A DNA stretch of 64,000 nt from the human T2T-CHM13v2.0 reference genome, Homo sapiens. The notes beneath the pieces are model-generated. The model saw only the letters and a program-made list of their open reading frames with translations, did no database searches and had not been told where the DNA came from. The position numbers and the translations under genes are program-made. Shown here one piece after another: positions 30,231 to 42,499 of the stretch. Numbering within the stretch: position 1 is the stretch's first letter; each line of letters starts with the position of its first letter. The stretch lies in assembly GCF_009914755.1 (NCBI RefSeq), contig NC_060928.1. One strand, 5' to 3'.

Positions 30231-30570
30231 TGGTGCTTATTTTGCACTTCAGCCCTGCCTACTTTCTACTGGAAATAAAGATAGAAACACTAGGGCCCCA
30301 GGCTCACAATCACCTCCCTAAGGAGACATTCACAACAGATGCTCTTCCGCTTGCAATGAAAGCTTCACTCATCTGTTGCAGTAATTATAACATTTATTTT
30401 CTGGAACCTCTTCTTAGTCAAGTCCCATAGGTCCCAGGGAGAGATGCATTCCTGTTCTGGAAGTCATGGGGGAGCATTAGCCCTGGCCCCACTGTCACCT
30501 TTTGTCACTGAAGTGACCCTGAATGCTTCCCTTCTTAGGCCACACCAGCCAAGGTATGGGGAATGATAAG

Positions 30571-30642
30571 AAAAGAGGCAGTCGGTACAAATTCTAGCAC
30601 CTGCCTAAAAGAGGCAGTCGGTACAAATTCTAGCACCTGCCT
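30571..30642. repeat. Perfect 36-bp tandem duplication
   Basis: AAAAGAGGCAGTCGGTACAAATTCTAGCACCTGCCT x2. Confidence 0.97.
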
Positions 30643-30673
30643 AAACTTTGAATTTTAATCATTTTTAGAGAGG

Positions 30674-30700
30674 TGTGTGTGTGTGTGTGTGTGTGTGTGT
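30674..30700. repeat. (GT)n microsatellite
   Basis: Directly visible. Confidence 0.95.
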
Positions 30701-32214
30701 ATCCTCTACCCTTTCTCATTCACCAGTCCAGGGACTTTATATAGGTGGTTTTTGTTTGTGTTGGTTTCAGAGGCTGATGAGTGTTATCTTGTTCCTACTA
30801 ATGACTTTCAAATCTCCCCCAGGATAAGTCCTATCAGGAAGAAAACCTTATATATTTTTTTCATCATACCGTATGCCTAGTGCCTAACTCTGTGCCTGGT
30901 ATAGAGTAAAAATTCAATAAATGTTTGTTTAATGAATGAATAAATTGGTCAAACTCTAGTAGATTGAAGAAAAATAGCAAACTGCCTTATCACTGTGGCC
31001 CTAGGGTACTTAGGTATTTTGCAAATATAGATTTTCAGACTTTGCCACAGATCTGAAGAAATAGAGTTTGCAGATTAGTATTTTTAATAAGAACACTAGA
31101 TACTTTTTAGTAGTAGGCAAATTATGGAACATTGCCCTGGGATTTTGAATAAATATGCTTCTTATGTGTCAGTGTCTCATAAGTACTTACCCCTTGTCAT
31201 TTAACATTTATTGAGCAACTACTACAGTATTTCTGAGTCAATGCCAAGCATTTGACTTTTTCTCCTGCTATATAACATTGTTAACATTGATTCCCGGGCT
31301 GTCTCATGGTTAATGCATTCTTTCATGTATTCATTCATTAGTTTGTTCATTCACTCAACAAACACATATTGAAAGTCCATGATAGACCAGTCGTGTCCAC
31401 ATGTTTGGTTATAAGGGGAAATGTTCACTGAAGTTATATCTCTGGGTCCCTGCTCAGCTGTTTTCACTCAGTTTGACAGGTAATTTATGGTGATGGTAGA
31501 GAACTGGGGAGAAGGGAGATGCAGGAAGAGATGTGGCTTGGCCCTTTGTCAACATTATAATATAATTCTGCCCTTGGCAGAGAACAGACTCTGAGGGACT
31601 TTCCAGATTCCTTTATTGGCCACAAATGTGGTTGGATGAAATATTGTGTGCCACTGGAGCTTGGAAATTATTCTTTTTTCAATACAGAAATTTTGGAGGC
31701 AATGGCATCTAACTTGGAGTGATTCTCTCCTGCTTATGCAGGAAGACTTATTTAATCTCCAAATCTAGTTTGTTTTTGCCACTTTGCCTATAATCTTTTC
31801 TTCAAGTATGAGATTCTTCTTGCTGGATGGTACTATTTACTATGCAGAGCTAAAATGCTAGCTAGAATTGTAGGCTTCACTCTCTGAGATCCTATGTGTG
31901 TTAATGGATGTTTTTATTCACAAGTGTCAAAGCCAAGCTACGTAGAGTAGGTATGTGGACAAGAAAGCACCTTTGTGCTCAAGAGACCTGTCTTTGGAAC
32001 AGGATGTGTCTGTTGCTGTTATCTAATCCACGCTGATGGCTCTGCAGAAGGACATATCCACCTCATCTGCTTCCAACTGCTGGCTTGGCCCCTTCTCTGC
32101 CTCTAAGCACCAGACCTTCAGGATTCCTTATTTTACATCTTTGACATCAAATGAAAAGAAAGACTGACAAATAAGCCTCACAGATATGTGAAGTGTACCG
32201 TTTAATATTTCTAA

Positions 32215-32618
<404 letters not shown>

Positions 32619-32694
32619 CCCCTTCCTCCTTTTTCTTTAGTATCTACTATATTTGGGACACTCTGCTAAAGGAAACAGTAGAGTCAGGAAAAAA

Positions 32695-33315
32695 AAGTTT
32701 CTCAAAAAGTTGTCTGTAAACCACCTGCATCAGATTAACCTGAGGTGCTGGGGAGGAAGACTCTTGAACCCCTCTAAACTTACCAAATATACTCCCAGCA
32801 TGATAGGGCCAAGAAATGCATTGTTAGCTCACACCCCTCGTGATTCTCATGCACACAGAAGGCTGAGAACAACACTGAATCAGGAAAGATACAAACTCTG
32901 CAACTTAGAAGTTGTTTGTCCTTAGTGGAGTTACTTGACTTCACTGAGTTTCAGCTTCCTTAGCTGAAAAACCTCCAGGGTCCCTCTGAGGAATGGAGAG
33001 GAGAAATGTAAAGCATAGTTTCTGGCATACAGCATGTGCTCCATAGAGAGTCATTACTTGAAACTAGATGCTGTGGAGGGTAAGAGATTTAGACAATGTA
33101 ATTGTCATCAACTTTCTTTTTTCCTAAAACCTGTCCAACTCCCCTCTACATCAGTGGTTCTCAGTCTTGGCTGCTTATTAGAATCATCTCATGAGTTGGG
33201 GTGTTTTAAAAATTCTGATGCTGGGTTCCCAGATTAATTCTATCAGAATCTCTGGGGGTGAGACCATGGCATCATGATTTTTAAAAATTCCCCAGGTGAG
33301 TCCAACATGCGTCTG
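32695..33315. mobile_element. MER5-type fragments (32695-32877, 33151-33315) flanking a MIR (~32890-33050)
   Basis: CAGTGGTTCTCAGTCTTGGCTGCTTATTAGAATCATC; GAGTTACTTGACTTCACTGAGTTTCAGCTTCC. Confidence 0.7.
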
Positions 33316-33773
33316 TCTACATTCCCTTCATTTTCTGTCTTTTCTTTCTGTCCAATAGCAGGCTTGAGCCTCCAATTTTGTTTTGGAAAATAGCCTGGGG
33401 TTATGCCATGCCCACCTCTAGCCAATTAGAGAATTGTACTTTTTGATTGTTTTTAAAAGGGACAGGTTCTGGTGTCCATCTTGTTTATTGTGAAAATGGA
33501 CTCACCATATAAGTCTGGAATTAAGGCTAAATGACAATGCTGGTAAGGTGTGTTATTAAATGACCTTCAAAGCGCACATGAGGAGCTTGAGAGGGAAGCT
33601 TGGACTAGGAGTGAAAAGCCCCAGTGAAGACAGACATGAAGGAAAGCTAGGGAGCTCTGCTGGAAGGATTGGCAAATAAATATTTTCTAAGCTCTGCTGT
33701 GGAAAAAAGGAGGAAATTTCTTTTTGACCTCCTGGTTACATTCAAACTAGTGTAAGACAAAAACCAACCAACT

Positions 33774-33920
33774 GGCTGGGTGTGGTAGCTCATGCCTGTA
33801 ATCCCAACACTTTGGGAGGCCTAGGTGGGAGGATTGCTTGAGCTTAGGAGATCGAGACCAGCCTGAGCAACATAGTGAGACTCCATCTCTACAAAAAATA
33901 ACACACACACACACACACAC
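33774..33920 (+). mobile_element. FLAM/Alu left monomer with (AC)n tail
   Basis: GGAGGATTGCTTGAGCTTAGGAG monomer; TSD AACCAACCAAC. Confidence 0.9.
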
Positions 33921-34664
33921 AACCAACCAACACGGATACAAGTGAAAAGGATGATAGGATGGGATGGAGATTCCAGGGCCGCTGGAATGAAAAACCCCAA
34001 ACTCTCAGAGTTCCTTCTCCTAACCCTGCTTTTCTGCTTCTTTTTGTACAACGGTTTTACTGCTCTTTCTCTGGTGAACAGATTTCTCTGCTCCTCTAGG
34101 CACAGGGTATGTGGTTTCCTCACACTTCCTGAGTTTATGTGCTACATTTCTGGCTAAACAAACAGATTCAAACCACTCTTTGTTCTAGTTTCAGATTTTG
34201 TAGCAGAGGATCCTAATGGTCTTGGGTCAGGCATAACTTGTGACTACACAGATAATTTCTCTAAGGCCAACCAGCAGCTAATTTTGTGTGCAGTTGGTAA
34301 TTTTATTTCCTTCAGATGGTGGAACAATTCGACTATAAAATGTACTTGTAACTGGGGTTATAAGGTATGTGCTCTTCCTCCTCCATGATCTCATTTTTAC
34401 CATGATAAATGAGAACTCATCCATCAATAACATCATGGTTATTTGCCAATTCTCTCTCTCTCTGTTTTTCACTGTTTATCTAATCAGATGAATCAGTTAC
34501 TGATATGTGGCCATCAGCTGTAGATAAATGACACATGTTGGGGAATGTACTATTATTGTGACAGTCATTCATTGTAGAAATAGAACACATGGCATGTGAG
34601 CTGGATTGTATGCATGAGTGTGTGTGTATATCTACCATTTCAATCCATAACTTGTCCTTACACA

Positions 34665-34860
34665 AATTTAGATATTGAGTAAATGTTTCCAGTTTACTAG
34701 TTGTGGGACATTGAGTAAATTATACCTCCTCTAAGGCCCAGTTGACTTATTTGTCAGATGAGGAAGAAAAATAATACTTATTATCATGTGAGGGTTAAAC
34801 ACAATAATACACCTAAAATGCTTAGCAAAACGCTTGGCACATTTAATAATCACTCAAGAT
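34665..34860 (+). mobile_element. MIR
   Basis: TTACTAGTTGTGGGACATTGAGTAAATTA...AAATGCTTAGCAAAACGCTTGGCACAT. Confidence 0.75.
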
Positions 34861-35695
34861 ATCTTAACAATTACTGTTTTAGTTTTTATTATTAAGAGAC
34901 CAATCTTTGTCCCTAACTCACGAAATCTGCAAAGGACATATATATAAAACCTAAATATATGTCTTTATAGGTGCTTTATGACATTATTTTAAAGGGATCT
35001 CAATTCATGGTGAATTCTTAAAAAAAAAAAATTCTACCTCCATTTGTTACAATCTGGCAGTGCTTACCAATAGGGATCAAATTCTACAGGTTCACTTTCT
35101 CTAGACTCAAGGGCAGAGTAAAAGGGGTGGGGAGAAAACCCTCTGCCAGTTGGTGGCTTTGGCAGAAGGCTTGTTTAGAGATAAGCATTATTGAACGAGC
35201 TTCACTTTGCCCTACACCTAAGGTGATAAAACTGATAGACGTCATGACTTTCAGAAAGAGCAAGAGGTAACCTCACTGTCCAGTCAACATTGCTTTTGTA
35301 CAGGACAGAATGTAAGTCCAAGACAGCATGTAGGGCACTCCTGAATATGTAACCCCTGTAGAAGTTGTCCTCTCATCTCTGGCTCTAATCTTACTAGAGA
35401 TTTTTGGGGCGGGGGAATGAAATCAGCATTTTAAAAAATTATTTATCATGTGCTAAGTACTGTACTATGTGCTATTTGTAATACAGTAGTCCACTCTTAT
35501 CCAGGGGTTATGTTCTGAGACCCCTAATGGATGTGTGAAATTGTGGATAGTATGGAATCCTATATATGTATATTATGCTTTTTTCTATATATACATACCT
35601 ATGATAAAGTTTAATCTATAAATTAGGCACAGTAAGAGATTAGCAGCAATAATTAACAATAAAATAGAACAATTATAACAATATACTGTAATAAA

Positions 35696-35785
35696 GGGCT
35701 GCCCTGCCTATGGAGTAGTCATTCTTTTATTCTTTTACTTTCTTAATAAACTCGTTTCCACTTTAAAAACAAACAAAAAATCCCC
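35696..35785 (+). mobile_element. L1-mobilised (processed) MER41 LTR R-region retrocopy
   Basis: GGGCTGCCCTGCCTATGGAGTAGTCATTCTTTTATT...AATAAA, then A-rich tail, flanked by 17-bp TSD CAATATACTGTAATAAA. Confidence 0.8.
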
Positions 35786-35854
35786 CAATATACTGTAATA
35801 AAAGTTATGTGACTATGGCCTTTCTCTCTCTCTCTTTCTGTCTCAAAATATAAT

Positions 35855-36022
35855 GGCCGGGCTGAGTGGCTCATGCCTGTAATCCTGGCACTTTGGGAGG
35901 CTGAGGCGAGTGGATCACATGATGCCAGGAGTTTGAGATCAGCCTGACCAACATAGCAAACCCTGTCTCTACTAAAAGAACAAAAATTAGCTGGGCATGG
36001 TGGTGAATGTCTGCAATCCCAG
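35855..36022 (+). mobile_element. Alu 5' half, truncated by THE1 insertion
   Basis: GGCCGGGCTGAGTGGCTCATGCC to AATCCCAG. Confidence 0.9.
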
Positions 36023-36148
36023 TGATATGGTTTGGCTGTGTCCTCATACAAATTTCTTCTGGAATTGTAGTTCCCATAATCCCCACATGTCATGGGAGGG
36101 AACCAGTGGGAAGTAATTGAATCACGGGGTGGTTACCATCATGCTGTT
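36023..36148 (+). mobile_element. THE1 (C/D-like) LTR 5' fragment
   Basis: TGATATGGTTTGGCTGTGTCC...TGTAGTTCCCATAATCCCCACATGTCATGGGAGGGA. Confidence 0.85.
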
Positions 36149-36374
36149 TTATATATATTTACATAATTTTACTGTATTCACCTACTTTCAAACCTCAGTT
36201 GACTGTAGAAAGTGCAAGGGCAGATAAGGGGGGACTACTGTATTGTATGAGGAGACAAATTTGTGATGCAGTTATTAGCTCCATTTGACAAATGGGAAAG
36301 CTGAGGAGAGAAAGACACTAATGGAACAAGGACTAATGTAACAACTAGCTAAGAAGTGGAGTTGGAAATTTAAA

Positions 36375-37140
36375 AGTATTTCATTATGAAATATACACAC
36401 AAAAGTTAAACAAAAAACATACATATTTTAATAAATAATTATAAAGCAGATATATAACTATAATCAAGTCAAGAAATAAAACTCCTTATGTATCCTTCCC
36501 AAATGATGATCCTTACATCTCCCTACAGGTAACCACTCTACTGACTTGTGTAGTAATCAATTCCTTGCTATATTTAAAACTTATCAACCCCTAAGAACCA
36601 CTGGTGTTTAATTTTATAAAAATTGAATCATACTGTAAATATGTCAATTCTCCCAAAATTGATTTATAGACTCAACAATCACAATCAAAATCCCAATAAT
36701 TATTGTTACAAGTTGATTGTAAAATATATACAGAAATTTAAAAGGCCAAGAATTGGTGAAGCAGTCTAGAAGTAAAATAATAAAGTAGGAAAACCTGTTC
36801 TACCAAATAGAAAAACTTACAAGCCATACTGAGGAAGACAGGGTGGTGTTGCCCCAAGAATGGACACATAGACCAATGGGACAGAAAAGAGCCTGAATCA
36901 AACTCATATTCATGTAGATACTTGATATGTAAGAAGGTGACATTGCAGACCAGTGGGAAAAAGGTGGTCTTTTTGATAAACGTTGTTGGGACAATTGGGT
37001 AACCATATGGAGGAAAATCCCCAAATACAAAAGTCAATGCTAGAATGATTAAATACTGAAATGTTAAAGCTATAAAGCTTTTAGAAAATATATTGGAATA
37101 TGTTTTCATGACTTCAGGGTTTGGAAGGATTTTTTAAGCC
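36375..37140. mobile_element. Old L1M: antisense 3' UTR (36375-36635) joined to sense ORF2 segment (36635-37140)
   Basis: AGGTAACCACTCTACTGACTT antisense 3' UTR; CAATTCTCCCAAAATTGATTTATAGA and GACACATAGACCAATGGGACAGAA sense ORF2. Confidence 0.75.
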
Positions 37141-38801
37141 ACAAAAGCAGAATTAGAGTTAAGTCTATAATTGATTGGGTCAAAGTCCATGCTCTTTTGA
37201 TTATGATACATTTTAACAGAGGGACAAATATCTCTGTCCTGTGGATTTCTTGATGCTGCATTTATATTTATGAAAGAAAAAAGACAAAGAGAGACTGGAT
37301 TAAAAAATCTTGGAAGAGCCTTGGAAGTAACGCTATTTCTTAACAACAAACACCATCATCTTTACACATACATGACTAATGCCCCAAAATAGCATCTTCT
37401 GTGTGCAAAATCAGGTGAAATGAATCTAATTCTGCTCCCTGACAGCCGAAGCTGAGTAGGGATGAGCACCAGCATGAGTCACAAGGTTCTGGAGCTTGTC
37501 ACTTCTTCGTACAGGGATCTGGGGTCCCCATATGTGATTTGTCTTTTGATTTTATTTCCTGCTGGACAATGCCAAGTCCACAGTCCTGAGTCTGTCAGGT
37601 AGAAGGGACAGCAGAAGAACTGCATTAGACAGTGCTTGTTTCCTGGGAGGGGACCCAGATTAGCTAGGCTTGCAGAAAGGGCCCTAACGACATGATCCAA
37701 GAACACACAGAGACCGTGACGGCAAGTAGTCATGATGGGATTGCAGATAGAGAAATGGAGAAAGCCACTGCTAGGCTGTCCAAAGAAGCGTTTGAGGGCA
37801 GTAATCCAGATCATCAGACAAGCTGAGCTGTGGCCTAGGCCCTTGTGGCCCGCTTTTTATATGCATCCCCGTCAAGTGGGCATCCTAGTGTTCTTAGCAA
37901 TGTCCCTTCCGTGCTTTAGCCTTCTGGACTAGTAAAGCAGCTCTCCATGTCTCTCTGTGTCAGTGTTTCCTCAGCAGTCAACAGGAGAAGAGAGGATCAG
38001 GCAGGCTCCCTGCTTGATGGTTTAGAGCACAAGCAGAAAGAGTTATCCCAGCACTAATATCTACTCGCACTTAGTATGGAAGGTATTAATTAGTATTCTT
38101 TGGTTGCAAGTAATAGAAGCAAGTTACTTGAATTAATATAAGGGGGGAAAGGGGCAGGGGGAGGGAGGAAAAGAGGCACCATGGAGCTCAAGAGCAGGAA
38201 TGTAGTTGGGCTAAGTGAGGGACTGGAAAGGGGAATGAGAAGGCCTAGGGCTCACTGTCTCCATGTTTTTCTAATTTCTGCACAGTTGCTTCACTATGCT
38301 GCCCAGTTTCTCTGTTCCTTTGTACATAGATACAAGGCAGGGGAATATGGTTGTCTAACATACTTAAAATGATATTTCTTGAATTTACAAATTGTATTTC
38401 TAGCCACATAGTCTTAATCATAGGTAGTTCAATTACGGAGGCAAATCAAGTGATTGACACAGCTGGGTATACATCCCTGGCCCAATCAGTTATAGCAAGT
38501 GGGCTAAGTGCACAGGGCACAAACACGGCTCTTAGGGATCTGCTTGTGTTAAGGAAAATTCCCACAGAAGGTGTGGGGAGGTTATTAGCTTACAGACTTG
38601 GCAGACCCACCAAAAGCTGTCTACTTCAGAGGGGCACTGTACAACCCTGGGAACATCACTTAATCTCCCTAGGTCTCTATTTCTTTCTATATAATAAGAA
38701 GGGGTTGAAATCAAACATCTTTTTTTGTAATCAATTACAGCTTCAATTTGCTGTATTTATAAACTCAGTGCCCCTCCTTTTCTCATTCTATGAAATTTTC
38801 T

Positions 38802-39119
<318 letters not shown>

Positions 39120-39587
39120 ATTCTATGAAATTTTCTAGAGCCCAACAACCAATCATTTCTGGTAACTACCGGGGTACATCTTTACAGAAGAGCCGCCATG
39201 TTTTACCCAAGACTCCTTTCCCTTTCAAATTGGCCTAAATTATTTTCCTTCTGGAAATTGGGACCAGATCAAGAAGACTATGTATAATAGGTGGCTCAGA
39301 AGGCAGGTCAGGAAGCCTTGTGTGAATTCCTCTGTCTCTTTCAACCTCCACACAGAGGACTGATTGCAGACATCCTGCACTAAGCAGGCAGATGGTTAGA
39401 GCTTGCAGACATCCTGCAGGAGGCAGGCAATGGTTAGAGCTGGATAGGCTGTACTTGGTGGCTAGCTTTCTCCTCCACTTGCTACTTGCCTTATCTACCT
39501 ACCAAACGACAGTAGATGGTTCATTTGCTTTAGCTATGAACTCAATGCTAGCAAATAGGAACAGGGAGAAAGTGAATAACTATTTCC

Positions 39588-40170
39588 ATACCGTTTAACC
39601 CAGCAATCCCATTACTGGGCATATATACCCAAAGGATTATAAATCATTCTACAATAAAGACACATGCACACGTATGTTTATTGCGGCACTATTCACAATA
39701 GCAAAGACTTGGAACCAACCCAAATATCCATCAATGATAGACTGGATTAAGAAAATATGGCACATATACACTATGGAATACCACGCAGCCATTAAAAAAG
39801 GTTGAGTTCATGTCCTTTGCAGGGGCATGGATGAAGCTGGAAACCATCATTCTCAGCAAACTATCACAAGATCAGAAAACCAAACACCGCATGTTCTCAT
39901 AAGTGGGAGCTGAACAATGAGAACACATGGACACAGGGAGGGGAACATCACACACCAGGGCCTGTTGCGGGGTAGGGGGCTAGGTGAGGGATAACATTAG
40001 AAGAAACACCTAATGTAGGTGACGGGTTGATGGGTGCAGCAAACCACCAGGGCACGTATATACCTATGTAACAAAACTGCATGATCTGCACATGTAACCT
40101 GGAACTTAAAGTATAAAAAACAAACAAACAAATAAATAAAATAAAATAAACACTGGCAGAAAAAAAAAAA
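39588..40170 (+). mobile_element. 5'-truncated L1PA (approx. L1PA5-7) with double tail
   Basis: High-identity ORF2 C-terminus and 3' UTR; 21-bp TSD AGAAAGTGAATAACT(A/G)TTTCC at 39567 and 40171. Confidence 0.95.
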
Positions 40171-41260
40171 AGAAAGTGAATAACTGTTTCCTCAGTTACC
40201 CTCTCTCTCAGTTCCTCCCAGCCCTGCCCATTATCCACTTTTACGCCCTCGTATACATCAGATTGTTTTCACACACTGGTCAAGTCTAAGTTGCATCAAG
40301 CCTGGGGGTGCTCGCACTCTAGTGCAGCTCCCCAGCAATTGCTCTGCTCAGCCAGAGGCCGAGAAGTGGGTGGGACACTGCAGCCCCTCTCGCTCTCCTC
40401 CATGACTCCACCCACTCGCGGCTCTGGGCACCACCTCAGGCTCCTCCCGCCATTAACGACCACTTCTGTCATCCCAGGGGAATTCGTTGAGCAACTACAA
40501 CCACTTGCTGGCCTTCTAGATCAGAAAGTTAACCACTGCTGTGTCTCAGCCATTTTCCTCAGAATCCCTGGACCCTGGGACAGCCAGATAATCCACCCTG
40601 GCATGAATGGGTGGACATAGGTGCAATTTGCAAGCCTCCTGTCATTGTTATTGTTGTCAAGAATAATAACATCGTACCTATATAGTACCTCCTATTTCCA
40701 CACTCTTTTCTTCTCTCCATTTTCTCAAACAACGCTATCAGATGAGGGAGAGCTTTCATGGAAGGAAGACCCTTGTCTGAGGGCTCAGATACCTGGAGGT
40801 GGCAGTTTGGTTGTGGCTACAAACGGGGCTGACGATGCTGGAGATTCTCCAGGCAAGGAGCTTTCAACTAGGTTCCACCCCCTCATTAATAGGCAGCCTG
40901 GGATTCGTTTCTACTCTGCCACTGCCGCTCTCTCCAGCCTCTAGGTGCAGACAAGAATGAGAAGGAGATCAGACGTTTTACAATGTGTGAGGACGTAGAC
41001 TTGAGTGTGATTTGAGAAAGACAGTTTTCCTGTCTGAGGACCCCACTATTCCACACACCCCCATATGTACACACACATATACATAGAATATTTAATATGA
41101 AAATTACATTGCTCTAGCTACAGTTTGCTAATATCTCTGTGCCCCAACCCCTTATTTCCATGCCCCAACCCCTTTCCCACTTTTCTGGAAGGTAAGAACC
41201 CCTGAACCCCTTCCCTCCATGTTGCTACTCTCTCTTTTCTCTGGGCTTGCCTCCTTCACT

Positions 41261-42470
41261 ATGGGCAAGCTTCCACCTTCCATTCCTCCTTCTTCTCCCT
41301 TAGCCTGTATTCTTAAGAACTTAGAACCTCTTCAACTCTCACCTGACCTAAAATCTAAGCATCTTATTTTCTTCTGCAATGCCGCTTGACTCCAATACAA
41401 ACTTGACAGTAGTTCCAAATAGCCAGAAAACGGCACTTTCAATTTTTCCATCCTACAAGATCTAAATAATTCTTGTCGTAAAATGGGCAAATGGTCTGAG
41501 GTGCCTGACGTCCAGGCATTCTTTCACACATCGGTCCCTCTCTAGTCTCTGTTCCCAATGCAACTCATCCCAAATCTTCCTTCTTTCCCTCCCACCTGTC
41601 CCCTCAGTCCCAACCCCAAGCGTCGCTGAGTCTTTCTAATCTTCCTTTTCTACAGACCAATCTGACCTCTCCCCTCCTCCCCAGGCTGCTCCTCGCCAGG
41701 CTGAGCCCGGTCCCAATTCTTCCTCAGCCTCCGCTCCTCCACCCTATAATCCTTTTATCACCTCCCCTCCTCACACCTGGTCCTGCTTACAGTTTCATTC
41801 CATGACTAGCCCTCCCCAACCTGCCCAGCAATTTACTCTTTAAAAGGTGGCTGGAGCTAAAGGCATAGTCAAGGTTAATGCTCCTTTTTCTTTATCCCAA
41901 ATCAGATAGCGTTTAGGCTCTTTTTCATCAAATATAAAAATCCAGCCCAGTTCATGACTCCTTTGGCAGCAACTGTAAGACACTTTACAGCCCTAGACCC
42001 TAAAATGTCAAAAGGCCGTCTTATTCTCAATATACATTTTATTACTCAATCTGCTCCCGACATTAAATAAAACTCCAAAAATTAAATTCCAGCCCTCAAA
42101 CCCCACAACAGGATTTAATTAACCTCGCCTTAAAGGTGTACAATAATAGAAAAAAGTTGCAATTCCTTGCCTCCACTGTGAGACAAACCCCAGCCACATC
42201 TCCAGCACACAACAACTTCCAAACGCCTGAACTGCAGCAGCCAGGTGTTCCTCCAAAACCTCCTCCCCCAGGAGCTTGCTACAAGTGCCAGAAATCTGAC
42301 CACCAGGCCAAGGAATGCCTGCAGCCCAGGATTCCTCCTAAGCCATGTCCCATCTGTGTGGGACCCCACTGGAAATCGGACTATTCAACTCACCTGGCAG
42401 CCACTCCCAGAGCCCCTGGAACTCTGGCCCAAGGCTCTCTGACTCCTTCTCGGCTTAGTGGCTGAAGACT
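41261..42470 (+). pseudogene. gag: HERV-H gag relic (NC zinc knuckles)
   Basis: CYKCQKSDHQAKEC intact CCHC; second knuckle CPICVGPHWKSDY has lost the last Cys; stops upstream. Confidence 0.9.
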
Positions 42471-42499
42471 GACACTGTCCTGTCGCCTCGGAAGCCCCG

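Larger units (their letters stand above)
35484..36240. mobile_element. MER44/Tigger7-derived MITE carrying three nested insertions
   Basis: TIRs CAGTAGTCCACTCTTATCC / GATAAGGGGGGACTACTG flanked by TA on both sides. Confidence 0.85.
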
